Below, piece by piece: positions 26,830-35,664 of a stretch of DNA of 64,000 nt (the first letter of the stretch is position 1; each line of letters opens with the position of its first letter). A program made the position numbers and the translations under genes. The notes under the pieces were generated by a model. That model saw nothing but the letters and a program-made list of their open reading frames with translations. It was not told the origin of the DNA and searched no databases. Origin of the DNA: an uncultured Microbacterium sp. (GTDB taxonomy: Bacteria > Actinomycetota > Actinomycetes > Actinomycetales > Microbacteriaceae); contig NZ_FLQR01000012.1 in NCBI RefSeq assembly GCF_900078385.1, positions 39,003-103,002 on the forward strand, given 5' to 3'.

Positions 26830-28080
26830 ATGTCTCCTGGCAAGGACGATGCCGTCACGCTCGAGATCGACGGACGCGAGGTCCGAGTGAGCAGCCCCGG
26901 GAAGATCGTCTTCCCCGATGCAGGGCTGACCAAGCTCGACATCGTCGAGTACTACCTCGCCGTCGCCGACGGCGCCCTGCGCGGAGCCGCCGACCGCCCC
27001 ATGGTCCTCAAGCGCTTCGTGAAGGGCATCGACAAGGAGGCGTTCTTCCAGAAGCGCGTCCCCGACAATCACCCCGACTGGATCCAGACCGCGACACTGC
27101 AGTACGCCTCGGGAACGAGCGCCGAGGAGACGGTGATCCAGGATGCCGCCGGTCTCGCATGGGTCGTGAACCTCGGCTGCCTCGACCTGAACCCGCACCC
27201 CGTGCGCGCCGCGGATCTGGACCACCCCGACGAGCTGCGGATCGACCTCGACCCCATGCCCGGTGTGGACTGGTCGCAGATCGTCGACGTCGCCTTCGTC
27301 GCACGCGACGTCCTCGATGACCACGGCCTGGTCGGGTGGCCCAAGACGTCGGGCTCCCGCGGCATCCACATCCTGATCCGGATCCACCCGCAGTGGGACT
27401 ACAAGGACGTCCGCCTCGCCGCGCAGACGTTCGCGCGTGAGGTCGAGAACCGCGCTCCCGGCCTTGCGACCGCGCACTGGTGGAAGGAGGAGCGCGGCGA
27501 GAGCGTCTTCGTCGACTTCAACCAGAACGCGAAGGACCGCACCGTCGCCTCCGCCTACTCCGTCCGCCCACGACCCGATGCGCGCGTCTCGGCGCCGCTC
27601 ACCTGGGAGGAGCTGCGCGTACGCCGCCCCGAGGAGTTCACCGTCCGCACGGTTCCGGTGCGCTTCGCCGAGCAGGGCGACCCGCACGCCGGCATCGATG
27701 AGGCGCCCGGATCGCTCGACGCGCTCCTCGCCCTCGCGAAGGAGATCGGTCCGGCCGAGCGTGCGCCCCGCGGCGGCGACGGCTCGGGTCGGCGGCAGTC
27801 GACGATGCCGCTCATCGAGATCGCCCGCGCCAAGACCAAGGACGAGGCCCTGGCCGCGCTGGAGACCTGGAAGAAGCGGCATCCCGACGTCGTCGCCCAG
27901 CTCTCCCCCGCCGACGTCCTCGTCGACGGGATGCGCGGCTCCAGCTCGCTCTGGTACCGCATCCGCATCAACCTGCAGCACGTCGCGGAGGGCGACCGGC
28001 CGGCGCAGGAGGCCCTCGAGGTCGACTACGACCCCTGGGGCGGATGGGGCGGCGCGGGAGGGGCGGGCGGCAGGCGCTGA
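26830..28080 (+). CDS. Stand-alone LigD-type primase-polymerase (Rv0269c/PolD2-like)
   Basis: FFQKR, IDLDP (DxD), PKTSGSRGIH, FVDFNQN, plus PLIEIARAKT...WYRIRINLQHV C-terminal extension typical of the Rv0269c subgroup. Confidence 0.85.
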   Translation: MSPGKDDAVTLEIDGREVRVSSPGKIVFPDAGLTKLDIVEYYLAVADGALRGAADRPMVLKRFVKGIDKEAFFQKRVPDNHPDWIQTATLQYASGTSAEETVIQDAAGLAWVVNLGCLDLNPHPVRAADLDHPDELRIDLDPMPGVDWSQIVDVAFVARDVLDDHGLVGWPKTSGSRGIHILIRIHPQWDYKDVRLAAQTFAREVENRAPGLATAHWWKEERGESVFVDFNQNAKDRTVASAYSVRPRPDARVSAPLTWEELRVRRPEEFTVRTVPVRFAEQGDPHAGIDEAPGSLDALLALAKEIGPAERAPRGGDGSGRRQSTMPLIEIARAKTKDEALAALETWKKRHPDVVAQLSPADVLVDGMRGSSSLWYRIRINLQHVAEGDRPAQEALEVDYDPWGGWGGAGGAGGRR

Positions 28081-28092
28081 GGCCGGCCGACG

Positions 28093-28587
28093 TCAGAGCG
28101 TCCGCAGTTCGACGTCCCGCAGGATGCCGTCGTCGACGACCACCGTCATCATCGTGTGGTGGGGCTGCCGCCGCCGATCGGTCGGCGATCCGGGGTTGAG
28201 CAGGCGGATCCCGCCCGGGGTGGTCGTGTCCCACGGGATGTGGCTGTGTCCGAACACCAGCACGTCGACCTCCGAGTACTCGGCGTCCATCCGCTCCTCG
28301 CGCTTCCGCGCCTGGCCGGTCTCGTGGACGACGGCGAACCGCACGCCGTCGACCTCCCGGCGCGCGACCTCGGGAAGGCGTGCCCGCAGATCGGGTCCGT
28401 CGTTGTTGCCGAAGACGCCGAGCACGTCGCCGTGCCCCGCCAGATCATCCAGGACCGACGCCGCTACCCAATCGCCCGCGTGGACGATGAGGTCCGCGTC
28501 ATCCGCGGCCCGCAGCACGGCGGCCGGAAGCCCGCGCGCTCGACCCGGGATGTGCGTGTCGGAGAGGAGGAGCAGTCTCGTCGCCAT
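28093..28587 (-). CDS. YfcE-like metallophosphoesterase
   Basis: LSDTH, HAGD, GNND, VHE, FGHSH, LNPGS. Confidence 0.9.
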   Translation of the reverse strand: MATRLLLLSDTHIPGRARGLPAAVLRAADDADLIVHAGDWVAASVLDDLAGHGDVLGVFGNNDGPDLRARLPEVARREVDGVRFAVVHETGQARKREERMDAEYSEVDVLVFGHSHIPWDTTTPGGIRLLNPGSPTDRRRQPHHTMMTVVVDDGILRDVELRTL

Positions 28588-28685
28588 CCGACGATTCTGG
28601 GGGCCGCCGCGCACGCCTGTCGAGCCGAAGACAGGGTCCGGATATCTCGCAGGGGGCGCCCGACGCGCTTTGGTAGCGTCGAGCC

Positions 28686-29480
28686 GTGACCAAGACCGCC
28701 GGCTTCGCGCTGACCGCCCTCGCCATGCTCGTCCTCGCCGGCTGTTCCGGAGCCCCCGCCGCATCGGAGTCGGAGACCCCCGACGCGGCGCCGACGGCGA
28801 GCGCTTCCCCGACGGCGTCCGCGACACCGACGCCGGAGCCCGCCGGCTGGACGGCGCCCGAGGAGTGCACCGGCATCGACGTCAGCCCCGGCGCGGCCGT
28901 GGCCGGCGAGGCGCTGGGTGCGTGCATGCAGAAGGCGCTCTCCAGCTACGGCACGGGGCGCGAGACGATCAGCGGCGAGGAGCTCGGCGGCGAGATCGAG
29001 TTCCGCTACGCGCCGGACTTCGAGTTCCAGGGGTCGCTCGAAACCGGCGACGGCCCCATCGAGATCACCTTCCTCGACGGCACCGTCTGGATCGACAGCG
29101 GAGAGGGTCCGGTCAAGGGCGACACCGCATCGTCCGACCCCGAGGAGCAGATGGCGGGCGTCGCCGGAGAGCTGTACCGCGTCTTCTCCGACCCCTCGTT
29201 CGCGGGCGACCTCATCGCGGCAAGCCCCACCTGGACCGTCGCGTCGGCGCAGGAGTCGATCACGCTGGCGAACGGCGACACCGTCGCCGCGACCCGCATC
29301 ACGAGCGATGCGCCCTTCGACTGGTACGACCTGCCGGTGCAGCAGTACGTCGTCTGGCTCGCCGAGGACTGGACGCCGGTGGGCTCCGAGGGCACCGCGT
29401 CCTTCTTCGGCTCGTCGAGCACGATCACCCAGCACTACTACGACCTCGGGGAACCCGTCGAGATCACGCCCGTCGGCTGA
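28686..29480 (+). CDS. Hypothetical lipoprotein
   Basis: Signal peptide ending in LAGC lipobox, Pro/Thr/Ala linker, LolA/LppX-like beta-rich body (inference). Confidence 0.8.
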   Translation: MTKTAGFALTALAMLVLAGCSGAPAASESETPDAAPTASASPTASATPTPEPAGWTAPEECTGIDVSPGAAVAGEALGACMQKALSSYGTGRETISGEELGGEIEFRYAPDFEFQGSLETGDGPIEITFLDGTVWIDSGEGPVKGDTASSDPEEQMAGVAGELYRVFSDPSFAGDLIAASPTWTVASAQESITLANGDTVAATRITSDAPFDWYDLPVQQYVVWLAEDWTPVGSEGTASFFGSSSTITQHYYDLGEPVEITPVG

Positions 29481-29501
29481 GCGCCCGTCACGCGGGAGTG
29501 T

Positions 29502-30005
29502 TCACTCCCGGAAATCCTCGGGGTCGACGTGCTCGAGGAACTCCTTGAACTCCTCGAGGTTCTCCTCGGGGTCGCCCTCCGTCTCATCGTCCGTGACGAC
29601 GTCGATGACGCCGGCCTCGGCGAGCACATCGTCGGCGACCCAGATCGGAGCCGCCGCCCGCGACGCCAGCGCGATGGCGTCCGACGGGCGCGCATCGACG
29701 AGGTGGATGCCGGCGGCAGAGGTGAGCGTCACCTCGGCGTAGAACGTGCCCTCCTCGATCCGCGTCACCTCGACGCGGTCCACGGTGGCGCCGAGCTCGT
29801 CCAGGAGCGACCGCATGAGGTCGTGCGCGAGGGGACGCGGAGGGATCGCGCCCTCGACGGCGATGAGGATGGAGGTCGCCTCCTGCGCACCGATCCAGAT
29901 CGGCAGGATGCGCCCCTCGCCGGGCAGCGAATCCAGGGGCTTCAGCAGGATGACGTGCTGTCCCGCGGCATCCAAGGCGACCCCGGCCACTCTCACCTGG
30001 ACCAT
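29502..30005 (-). CDS. Bifunctional nuclease (DUF151/BFN) family protein
   Basis: LPIWIGAQEATSI, RPLAHDL, FYAEV, DARPSDAIALA, acidic tail. Confidence 0.9.
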   Translation of the reverse strand: MVQVRVAGVALDAAGQHVILLKPLDSLPGEGRILPIWIGAQEATSILIAVEGAIPPRPLAHDLMRSLLDELGATVDRVEVTRIEEGTFYAEVTLTSAAGIHLVDARPSDAIALASRAAAPIWVADDVLAEAGVIDVVTDDETEGDPEENLEEFKEFLEHVDPEDFRE

Positions 30006-30075
30006 GGGCCTCTCCCCTCGACGGATGCCGTTGGCGCTGCTTCCATCGTAGGCACGTGACCCGGATTGCGTACCC

Positions 30076-30107
30076 GGGGCGGGAGGAACCCCCCGCCCTC
30101 CCGCCCC
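30076..30107 (-). terminator. GC-rich hairpin downstream of FAD oxidoreductase
   Basis: GGGGCGGGAGG-N10-CCTCCCGCCCC 11-bp perfect stem. Confidence 0.5.
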
Positions 30108-30145
30108 GTTCCGCTGTCGCCGGGCCCCACCCGGCGAAGTCGTGC

Positions 30146-31519
30146 TCAGACCGGATGCGCGGCGGCGAAGACGCCCGCCGGGTCGTAGCGGTGCTTGAGC
30201 TCGCGCAGGCGCTCCCCCGAGCCCCCGAATCCAGCCGCGCGAGCGACCCCCGCACTGTCGATGAAGGTCAGCGCGAGCGCGTCCCCGTGCCACAGGCTGA
30301 GCGCGTCGACCGTCCCCTGCACGGCCGCCGTCGCAGGCCCGACGGCTTCCGGCACGGGCGCGACGGCGATGCCGTGGACGATGTACTCGCCGGCGATGGC
30401 CGAGATCGCGCCCCCGTCCGGGCGCGGACGCGCGAACGCCCCGCCGATGTGGCGCAGCTCGGCGACGAAGAGCCCCGGCGATCCGGCCGCCGCCAGAAAG
30501 GCGTCGACCGCGTCGGCGGGGAGCGCCTCGAGTACCGCGTGCGCCGTGATCGCGGGCGTCGGTTCGGGCGGATCCATGTGCACGGCGATGAGCCCCGCGG
30601 ATGGAATGCGCGCGAAGGTGTCCATCTCGGGCTGCATGGCGCGCAGCGGTGCGAGGACCTCCGCGGCGACGGCATCCGTCTCGAGAATCGCCCCGTCGAT
30701 CACGACCAGGGACCGTCCGGACAGGAACGGCGGGAAGTCCGGGAGCGGCGGGATGTGCAGCACCCGCAGCGTCGTGGTCGCGCTCTCCGGCGCGGCGGCG
30801 CTCCACCGCGCCCAGGCGTGCGCCACGGCCGGCGCATGCACGGCGTCCCACAGCAGCATCCCGGCGTAGATGTCGGCGTACGGAAGCAGATCGATCTCCA
30901 GCGAGACGATGACGCCGAACGCGCCGCTGCCGCCGCGCACCGCCCAGAACAGGTCGGGATTCTCGTCGACGCTCGCCCGCAGCAGGGCGCCGTCGGCGGT
31001 CACCAGCTGCACCTCCCGCACGGTGTTGACGGCCATTCCGAGCGCGCGCCCGTAGAACGAGAGCCCGCCGCTGAGCGCGTACCCGACGACCGAGACGTCC
31101 CCGGCGCTCCCGTGCATCGCGGTGAGGCCGTGCGGCGCGGCGGCGGCGATCACGTCGTTCCACTGCGACCCGCCGAGCACGCGCGCCGTCCGGGCGAGGC
31201 GGTCGACGGTCGCTCCGCGCAGGCGCGCCAGGCTGACGAGGACGGCGCCGGACAGGTCGGTGTCCGCGAGGGCGCCCGCCGCATGCCCGGTCGACTGCGG
31301 CGCGACGCGCAGGCCGGCCGCCACCGCCGCGCGCACGGCGTCGACGACGTCCTCCGCGGACTCGGGGCGGACGACGGCGAAGGGATGCTGGTCGACGGCG
31401 ACGTTCCACGGCAGGCGCGCCTCGTCGAAGCCGGGGTCACCGGCGAGGATCACGCGGTCGCCCAGCGCGTCGCGAAGCTGCTGGGCGCGGGTGTCGGTGG
31501 TGAGGTCGGAGAAAGTCAT
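30146..31519 (-). CDS. FAD-binding oxidoreductase (FAD_binding_4 / VAO-BBE type)
   Basis: QSTGHA (His for covalent FAD), VVGYALSGG, DLFWAVRGG, LKHRYDP. Confidence 0.9.
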   Translation of the reverse strand: MTFSDLTTDTRAQQLRDALGDRVILAGDPGFDEARLPWNVAVDQHPFAVVRPESAEDVVDAVRAAVAAGLRVAPQSTGHAAGALADTDLSGAVLVSLARLRGATVDRLARTARVLGGSQWNDVIAAAAPHGLTAMHGSAGDVSVVGYALSGGLSFYGRALGMAVNTVREVQLVTADGALLRASVDENPDLFWAVRGGSGAFGVIVSLEIDLLPYADIYAGMLLWDAVHAPAVAHAWARWSAAAPESATTTLRVLHIPPLPDFPPFLSGRSLVVIDGAILETDAVAAEVLAPLRAMQPEMDTFARIPSAGLIAVHMDPPEPTPAITAHAVLEALPADAVDAFLAAAGSPGLFVAELRHIGGAFARPRPDGGAISAIAGEYIVHGIAVAPVPEAVGPATAAVQGTVDALSLWHGDALALTFIDSAGVARAAGFGGSGERLRELKHRYDPAGVFAAAHPV

Positions 31520-31582
31520 GCGGAAGTCCGAATCGTCGTGGGATGGGGCGTCGGAAGTCTGCCCGCCGGATCGGTGGCCTCA

Positions 31583-31630
31583 CCATCCCAGATCGAGGGG
31601 GTCTTGCGCCCTCCCAGATTCCTGGGATGG
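31583..31630. promoter_or_regulatory. Palindromic operator between FAD oxidoreductase and LuxR-type regulator
   Basis: TCCCAG-attc-CTGGGA at 31612-31627; second TCCCAGAT half-site at 31586; TGGGATGG also at 31539. Confidence 0.5.
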
Positions 31631-31663
31631 CGAAACCGCGAGATCGGGGCCACACTTTCCTCC

Positions 31664-32791
31664 ATGGCCTCGGGGGTGGTGGTAGGTCGCGCGCGCAGCG
31701 ACCTCGATGTCATCTCGCGCGCCGGGCTTCCGCTGCTCCGGTTCATGGACGAGGCGGCGGCGGCGATGGCCGCAGTCGTCCCGTTCATCGCCGGATGCTT
31801 CTCCACCGTCGACCCCGCGACCGCGATGATCTCGAGCACGCTCAAGCTCGGCGACATCCGCGGCCGCAACGAGTCCGACGTGCACTGGGCGCAGATCGAG
31901 TACGGCGGCGACGATCCCACCGCGTTCACCGCGATGCTCGCGACCGGCCGCATCGCCGTCGGCGTGGCGCACGAGACGTCCGGTGATGTCGAGCGGTCGG
32001 TCCGCATGTCGGATCTCCTGCTCCCCCGCTTCGACTACCACGACGAGGCCCGCGTCCTGCTCAGCGACCGCGGCGGCGCATGGGGCAGCCTCAGCGTCTT
32101 CCGCGGCGGGGACGACCCCGCCTTCAGCGCCGAGGAGCTGAGCTTCCTCGAGACCGTCGCGCCCGCGCTGACCCGCGGCATCCGCGCCGGGCTGCTCACC
32201 CAGATGCACACGACCGCACCGCACGCGAACAGGGGTCCCGCCGTCATCGTCGTGGACGCGCACGACCGCATCGCGCAATCGAGCCCGGGGGCGCAGGAGC
32301 ACCTCCGGCGCATGACAGAGGTGCCGAACGCCGCGGATCCCCTTCTCATCGTGCAGGCCCTGGTCGCCGGCGCACGGCGGTTCGCGCGCGGCGAAGCCGA
32401 TCGGATGCCGCGCGTGCGTGCCCGCACGGCCGACGGCGTCTGGATCGTGCTGCACGCCGCCCCCCTCGGGGGCGCGGGCGATCGCGCCGGCGACGTCGTC
32501 GTGACGATCGAGGAGGCACGCCCTCAAGAGGTCATCGACCTCGTCGCCGCGGCATTCGGCCTCACGATGCGGGAGCGCGACGTCGTCGAGGTGCTGCTGA
32601 CCGGCGCAGACACGCGGGAGATCGCGGCTGCCCTGCACGTGTCGCCGTACACCGTGCAGGACCACCTCAAGTCGATCTTCGACAAGGCCGGCGTCGCCAG
32701 TCGCCGCGAGCTCGTCGCCCGCGTCTACTTCGACCAGTACGCGACGCGGATCGGCGCGCCGCTCGGAACGGACGGCGCACCGCTGCTCTGA
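31664..32791 (+). CDS. GAF-like + LuxR/NarL HTH transcriptional regulator
   Basis: C-terminal GLTMRERDVV...TREIAAALHVSPYTVQDHLKSIFDKAGVASR. Confidence 0.9.
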   Translation: MASGVVVGRARSDLDVISRAGLPLLRFMDEAAAAMAAVVPFIAGCFSTVDPATAMISSTLKLGDIRGRNESDVHWAQIEYGGDDPTAFTAMLATGRIAVGVAHETSGDVERSVRMSDLLLPRFDYHDEARVLLSDRGGAWGSLSVFRGGDDPAFSAEELSFLETVAPALTRGIRAGLLTQMHTTAPHANRGPAVIVVDAHDRIAQSSPGAQEHLRRMTEVPNAADPLLIVQALVAGARRFARGEADRMPRVRARTADGVWIVLHAAPLGGAGDRAGDVVVTIEEARPQEVIDLVAAAFGLTMRERDVVEVLLTGADTREIAAALHVSPYTVQDHLKSIFDKAGVASRRELVARVYFDQYATRIGAPLGTDGAPLL

Positions 32792-32796
32792 TCAGG

Positions 32797-33750
32797 TCAG
32801 CGCGCGGCATCCCAGCGGTTCAGCGCGCGCTGCGCGAGGAAGGTGACCCACCGGGACGGTTCGCCGGGCTCGACATCGAGCGGGAACCAGACCCGCCCCG
32901 GATACAGATGCCCCTGCAGCCAGCGCCCATCGTCCTGGCGTGCGGCGCGCACCCGTTCGACCGTCTCGCCGATGCGGGCGTCCGGGCGCACGCCGTCGTG
33001 CTCGGCCGCCTCCGTGAAGTAGTCGATCGCCTTCAGCGCCGTGAAGGGCCAGCGGTACGGGTAGACGATCCGATCGGTCCACGGCCCCACCTGCTCCCCC
33101 GTGGAGAGCCGGTAGCGCAGCCGCCGCTCGAGCAGGTATTCCTCGCCACCGTGTCGCGCGTCGCGCAGCTCGGGTGTTCCGCCGGTGAGCTTCTCGTAGG
33201 CGAGGATGCCGCGCAGGGCATTGATCGTGGAGTGGAACGAGGACCGCGTCGATCCCTCGACCCATTCGCAGTCCCAGCCCCCGTCGCTCAGGCGGTGCTC
33301 CGGCAACCACGCGGCGATGGTCGACACGTCGGCGCCGAGCCATGCGCCGTTCGCGAGGGTCATCGCGTTGATGCACACGTCCACCTCACCGCTCCAGTAC
33401 GGGAGGTCGTCGTACTCCCACCGCGAGTTCGCAGCGAGCTTCTCCGCCGTCCCGGCCAGGACGGCCGGGTCGAGACCCCACTCACGCAGCGTCGTGAGAC
33501 TCCACGTCGTGGCCGTCCAGGGCTGCCCCTCCTCATCGGGGGTCGCGTCGGACGGGAAGTAGGCGCCGCCGCCCCATTGCCCGTCCGCATCCTGATGACT
33601 CAGGAGCGCGGCCCCGTCCCCCTCGGTCGCGATGCGCCCCCGCGTCTCCTCCCACACGTGCTCGGGCTCTGCGGCGAGATCGCGCTGCACCTGCCAGCGC
33701 AGGGTGGGATCGGAGTCGAGCAGCCAGTCCAGGACGACGGTGTCGGTCAT
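32797..33750 (-). CDS. Prenyltransferase/squalene-cyclase-like alpha-barrel protein of unknown function
   Basis: QW-type repeats QDADGQW, LSDGGW, RQDDGRW; single barrel length (317 aa); no DXDDTA motif. Confidence 0.75.
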   Translation of the reverse strand: MTDTVVLDWLLDSDPTLRWQVQRDLAAEPEHVWEETRGRIATEGDGAALLSHQDADGQWGGGAYFPSDATPDEEGQPWTATTWSLTTLREWGLDPAVLAGTAEKLAANSRWEYDDLPYWSGEVDVCINAMTLANGAWLGADVSTIAAWLPEHRLSDGGWDCEWVEGSTRSSFHSTINALRGILAYEKLTGGTPELRDARHGGEEYLLERRLRYRLSTGEQVGPWTDRIVYPYRWPFTALKAIDYFTEAAEHDGVRPDARIGETVERVRAARQDDGRWLQGHLYPGRVWFPLDVEPGEPSRWVTFLAQRALNRWDAAR

Positions 33751-33756
33751 CTGGGC

Positions 33757-33778
33757 AGGCTAGACGGCGGGTCCGACA
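33757..33778 (-). promoter_or_regulatory. Perfect PafBC/RecA-NDp DNA-damage promoter
   Basis: Minus strand TGTCGG-acccgccgtc-TA-gcc-T, then 6 nt to ATG 33750. Confidence 0.75.
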
Positions 33779-33826
33779 CCGCGACAGGGGGTTGCGGCAG
33801 CGGGACGTCGCGCCCGATGTGCCGCG

Positions 33827-34351
33827 TCAGACGCCGACGAGCGCGCCGCCCCGCGTGCGGATGAGACCGGCGCGGAGGAGCAGGACGTAGAGCTGGCAGC
33901 CGAGGCAGAACGCGAACGCCGCGTTGAGGAACGCCGCGACGAAGGCGGCGGCGCCCGCGATGGGCAGGGCCCACGGCACGCCGACGAGGTGCAGGACGAT
34001 CCCGATCGTCACGACGACGAATCCGACGATCTGGGCGAAGCGCGGCGGTCGCGGGTCCTCGAGCTCGCTCGGCGGCGCCAGCCGCGGGCGGACGGCGGCG
34101 CGGAACAGCGCACCCCAGGGAGCGGTGCGCGGCGAAGCGAAGCCCCAGACGAACAGGAGGTCGACGAGGAGGAGGACGAGGAACCCCGGGTCCGTGATCC
34201 GCTCGGTCAGCGTCGTGCCGGTGCGCACAGCGGGGCCGAGGAGCGCGAGGAACGTGCCCAAGAGGACGAGCGCCGCGGTGATCCCGGCAGCGAATCGCGG
34301 GCCGCGCGGGTCGATGCCCGCGAGGCGGGATGCGCTGTTCTGCTGAGCCAA
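33827..34351 (-). CDS. DUF4395 family membrane protein
   Basis: IDPRGPRFAA, EDPRPPRFAQ, FLNAAFAFCLGC. Confidence 0.9.
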   Translation of the reverse strand: MAQQNSASRLAGIDPRGPRFAAGITAALVLLGTFLALLGPAVRTGTTLTERITDPGFLVLLLVDLLFVWGFASPRTAPWGALFRAAVRPRLAPPSELEDPRPPRFAQIVGFVVVTIGIVLHLVGVPWALPIAGAAAFVAAFLNAAFAFCLGCQLYVLLLRAGLIRTRGGALVGV

Positions 34352-34454
34352 CGTCGGCAGCCTTCCTGTCGATGGGTGTTCCGCGAGCGTAGGACCGTCG
34401 ACCCGAGGGTCGGGTGGCGGCCGTCACACGACGTAGCACCACCGAGACCCGCTA

Positions 34455-34484
34455 TTGATATTCGATCTCTATCTATCGATAATC
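34455..34484 (+). promoter_or_regulatory. Sigma70-type leaderless promoter with overlapping imperfect inverted repeat
   Basis: TTGATA-N17-GATAAT 6 nt before ATG 34490; GATATTCGAT (34457-34466) / ATCGATAATC (34475-34484). Confidence 0.55.
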
Positions 34485-34489
34485 GAGAG

Positions 34490-34972
34490 ATGACTCGCCT
34501 TGTGATCGCCGCCCTCCGCACACTCATCGTCGTCATCGCGCTCGCGGGCCTGTTCGCGCAGATCCGCATCGTCCCGTTCATCGCGCGCGGGCTCGCGTCG
34601 GATGCGGAGCGCCCGGAGATCGCCCTGCCGTACGCGTTCTGCGGCATCCTCGCGATCGCGTGCGGTCAGGCCGTCCTCGTCGCGATCTGGGCGCTGCTGT
34701 CGATGGTGCGGCGCGACGCGATCTTCAGCGAGAGCGCACACCGGTGGGTGGATGTCATCCTCGCCGCCGGCATCACGGCGACCGCGACGCTCTTGGCGCT
34801 CGCGCTGCACGTCGCGCTCGTCGTGGAGCCGCCCCTGGATGCCCCCGGCCTGACGGCCTTCGCTCTCGGCGGGGTGATCTGCGCGGCGGCGTTCGTCCTG
34901 CTGATGATCGTCATGCGCGGCCTCCTCCGCAGCGCGACGGGGCTGCGCTCCGAGCTGGCGGAGGTGGTCTGA
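34490..34972 (+). CDS. DUF2975 family membrane protein
   Basis: 4 TM, MVRRDAIFS, LRSELAEVV C-terminus; coupled to XRE gene. Confidence 0.85.
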   Translation: MTRLVIAALRTLIVVIALAGLFAQIRIVPFIARGLASDAERPEIALPYAFCGILAIACGQAVLVAIWALLSMVRRDAIFSESAHRWVDVILAAGITATATLLALALHVALVVEPPLDAPGLTAFALGGVICAAAFVLLMIVMRGLLRSATGLRSELAEVV

Positions 34973-35190
34973 TGGCGATCATCGTCGACATCGACGTGCT
35001 TCTGGCGCAGCGGAAGATGTCGGTCGCGGAGTTCGCCGACGCCGTCGGGATCAGCCCGGCCAACGTCGCCGTACTCAAGAACGGACGCGCGAAGGCGGTG
35101 CGGTTCACGACGCTCGACGCGATCTGCCGCGTGCTGGAGTGCCAACCGGGCGACATCCTGCGCTATCGCACGGAGACCGACGTCAACTGA
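34972..35190 (+). CDS. XRE/Cro-C1 HTH regulator (YozG-like)
   Basis: ANVAVLKNGRAKAVRFTTLDAICRVLECQPGDIL. Confidence 0.9.
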   Translation: MAIIVDIDVLLAQRKMSVAEFADAVGISPANVAVLKNGRAKAVRFTTLDAICRVLECQPGDILRYRTETDVN

Positions 35191-35216
35191 GGTCATGTAA
35201 TCATGAGGTAATGTAA
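35188..35216 (+). promoter_or_regulatory. 13-bp direct repeat just upstream of marR
   Basis: TGAGGTCATGTAA (35188-35200) and TGAGGTAATGTAA (35204-35216). Confidence 0.45.
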
Positions 35217-35220
35217 CAAC

Positions 35221-35664
35221 ATGCCCTCACCGCTCCTCCTCGATCGCCTGCTCCTGGTCTCCCACCTGTTCCAGCGCGACATGACGCGGGCCTTCGCAGG
35301 GACGGATCTCACCGAGGCGCGCATGGCGGTCCTGTGGGTCGTGCACCACGGCGGGCCGCAGACGCAGCAGGCGATCGCCGCAGAGCTGGCGCTCACACCG
35401 CGCACCGTCAGCGCACACATCGACTCCCTCGAAGCGTCCGGCCACGTCCGGCGCACGGCGCACGCGACGGACCGCAGGGCCCACGTCGTGCAGCTGACCG
35501 AGGAGGGCGCCGAACTGATGCGTCGCACCGCCGCCGAGCACGAGGAGCTGAGCGGCGCGCTCCGTGCGTCCGTCGCCCCTGCCGATCGGGCGGCGCTCGA
35601 CCGCGGCCTGGACGCCATCGCCGAGCGCCTGCAGCAGCTCATGGCAGCACAGGACGCGCGGTGA
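35221..35664 (+). CDS. MarR family regulator
   Basis: LTEARMAVLW..., LEASGHVRR...DRRAHVVQLTEEG. Confidence 0.9.
   Translation: MPSPLLLDRLLLVSHLFQRDMTRAFAGTDLTEARMAVLWVVHHGGPQTQQAIAAELALTPRTVSAHIDSLEASGHVRRTAHATDRRAHVVQLTEEGAELMRRTAAEHEELSGALRASVAPADRAALDRGLDAIAERLQQLMAAQDAR

Noticed and set aside
25501-27981. 826-aa minus-strand ORF
   Set aside because: Antisense shadow of the HNH and Prim-Pol genes
26830-28080. Complete NHEJ (Ku-LigD) locus
   Set aside because: Only a stand-alone polymerase domain; no ligase or phosphoesterase domains and no Ku in the window
28093-30005. Phosphoesterase + DUF151 nuclease + NYN etc. as an anti-phage defence island
   Set aside because: These are widespread housekeeping-type families interspersed with unrelated metabolic genes; no known defence-system gene combinations or island boundaries seen
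32797-33750. Hopanoid/squalene-hopene cyclase (shc)
   Set aside because: Half the length of SHC, no DXDDTA motif, no hpn genes nearby
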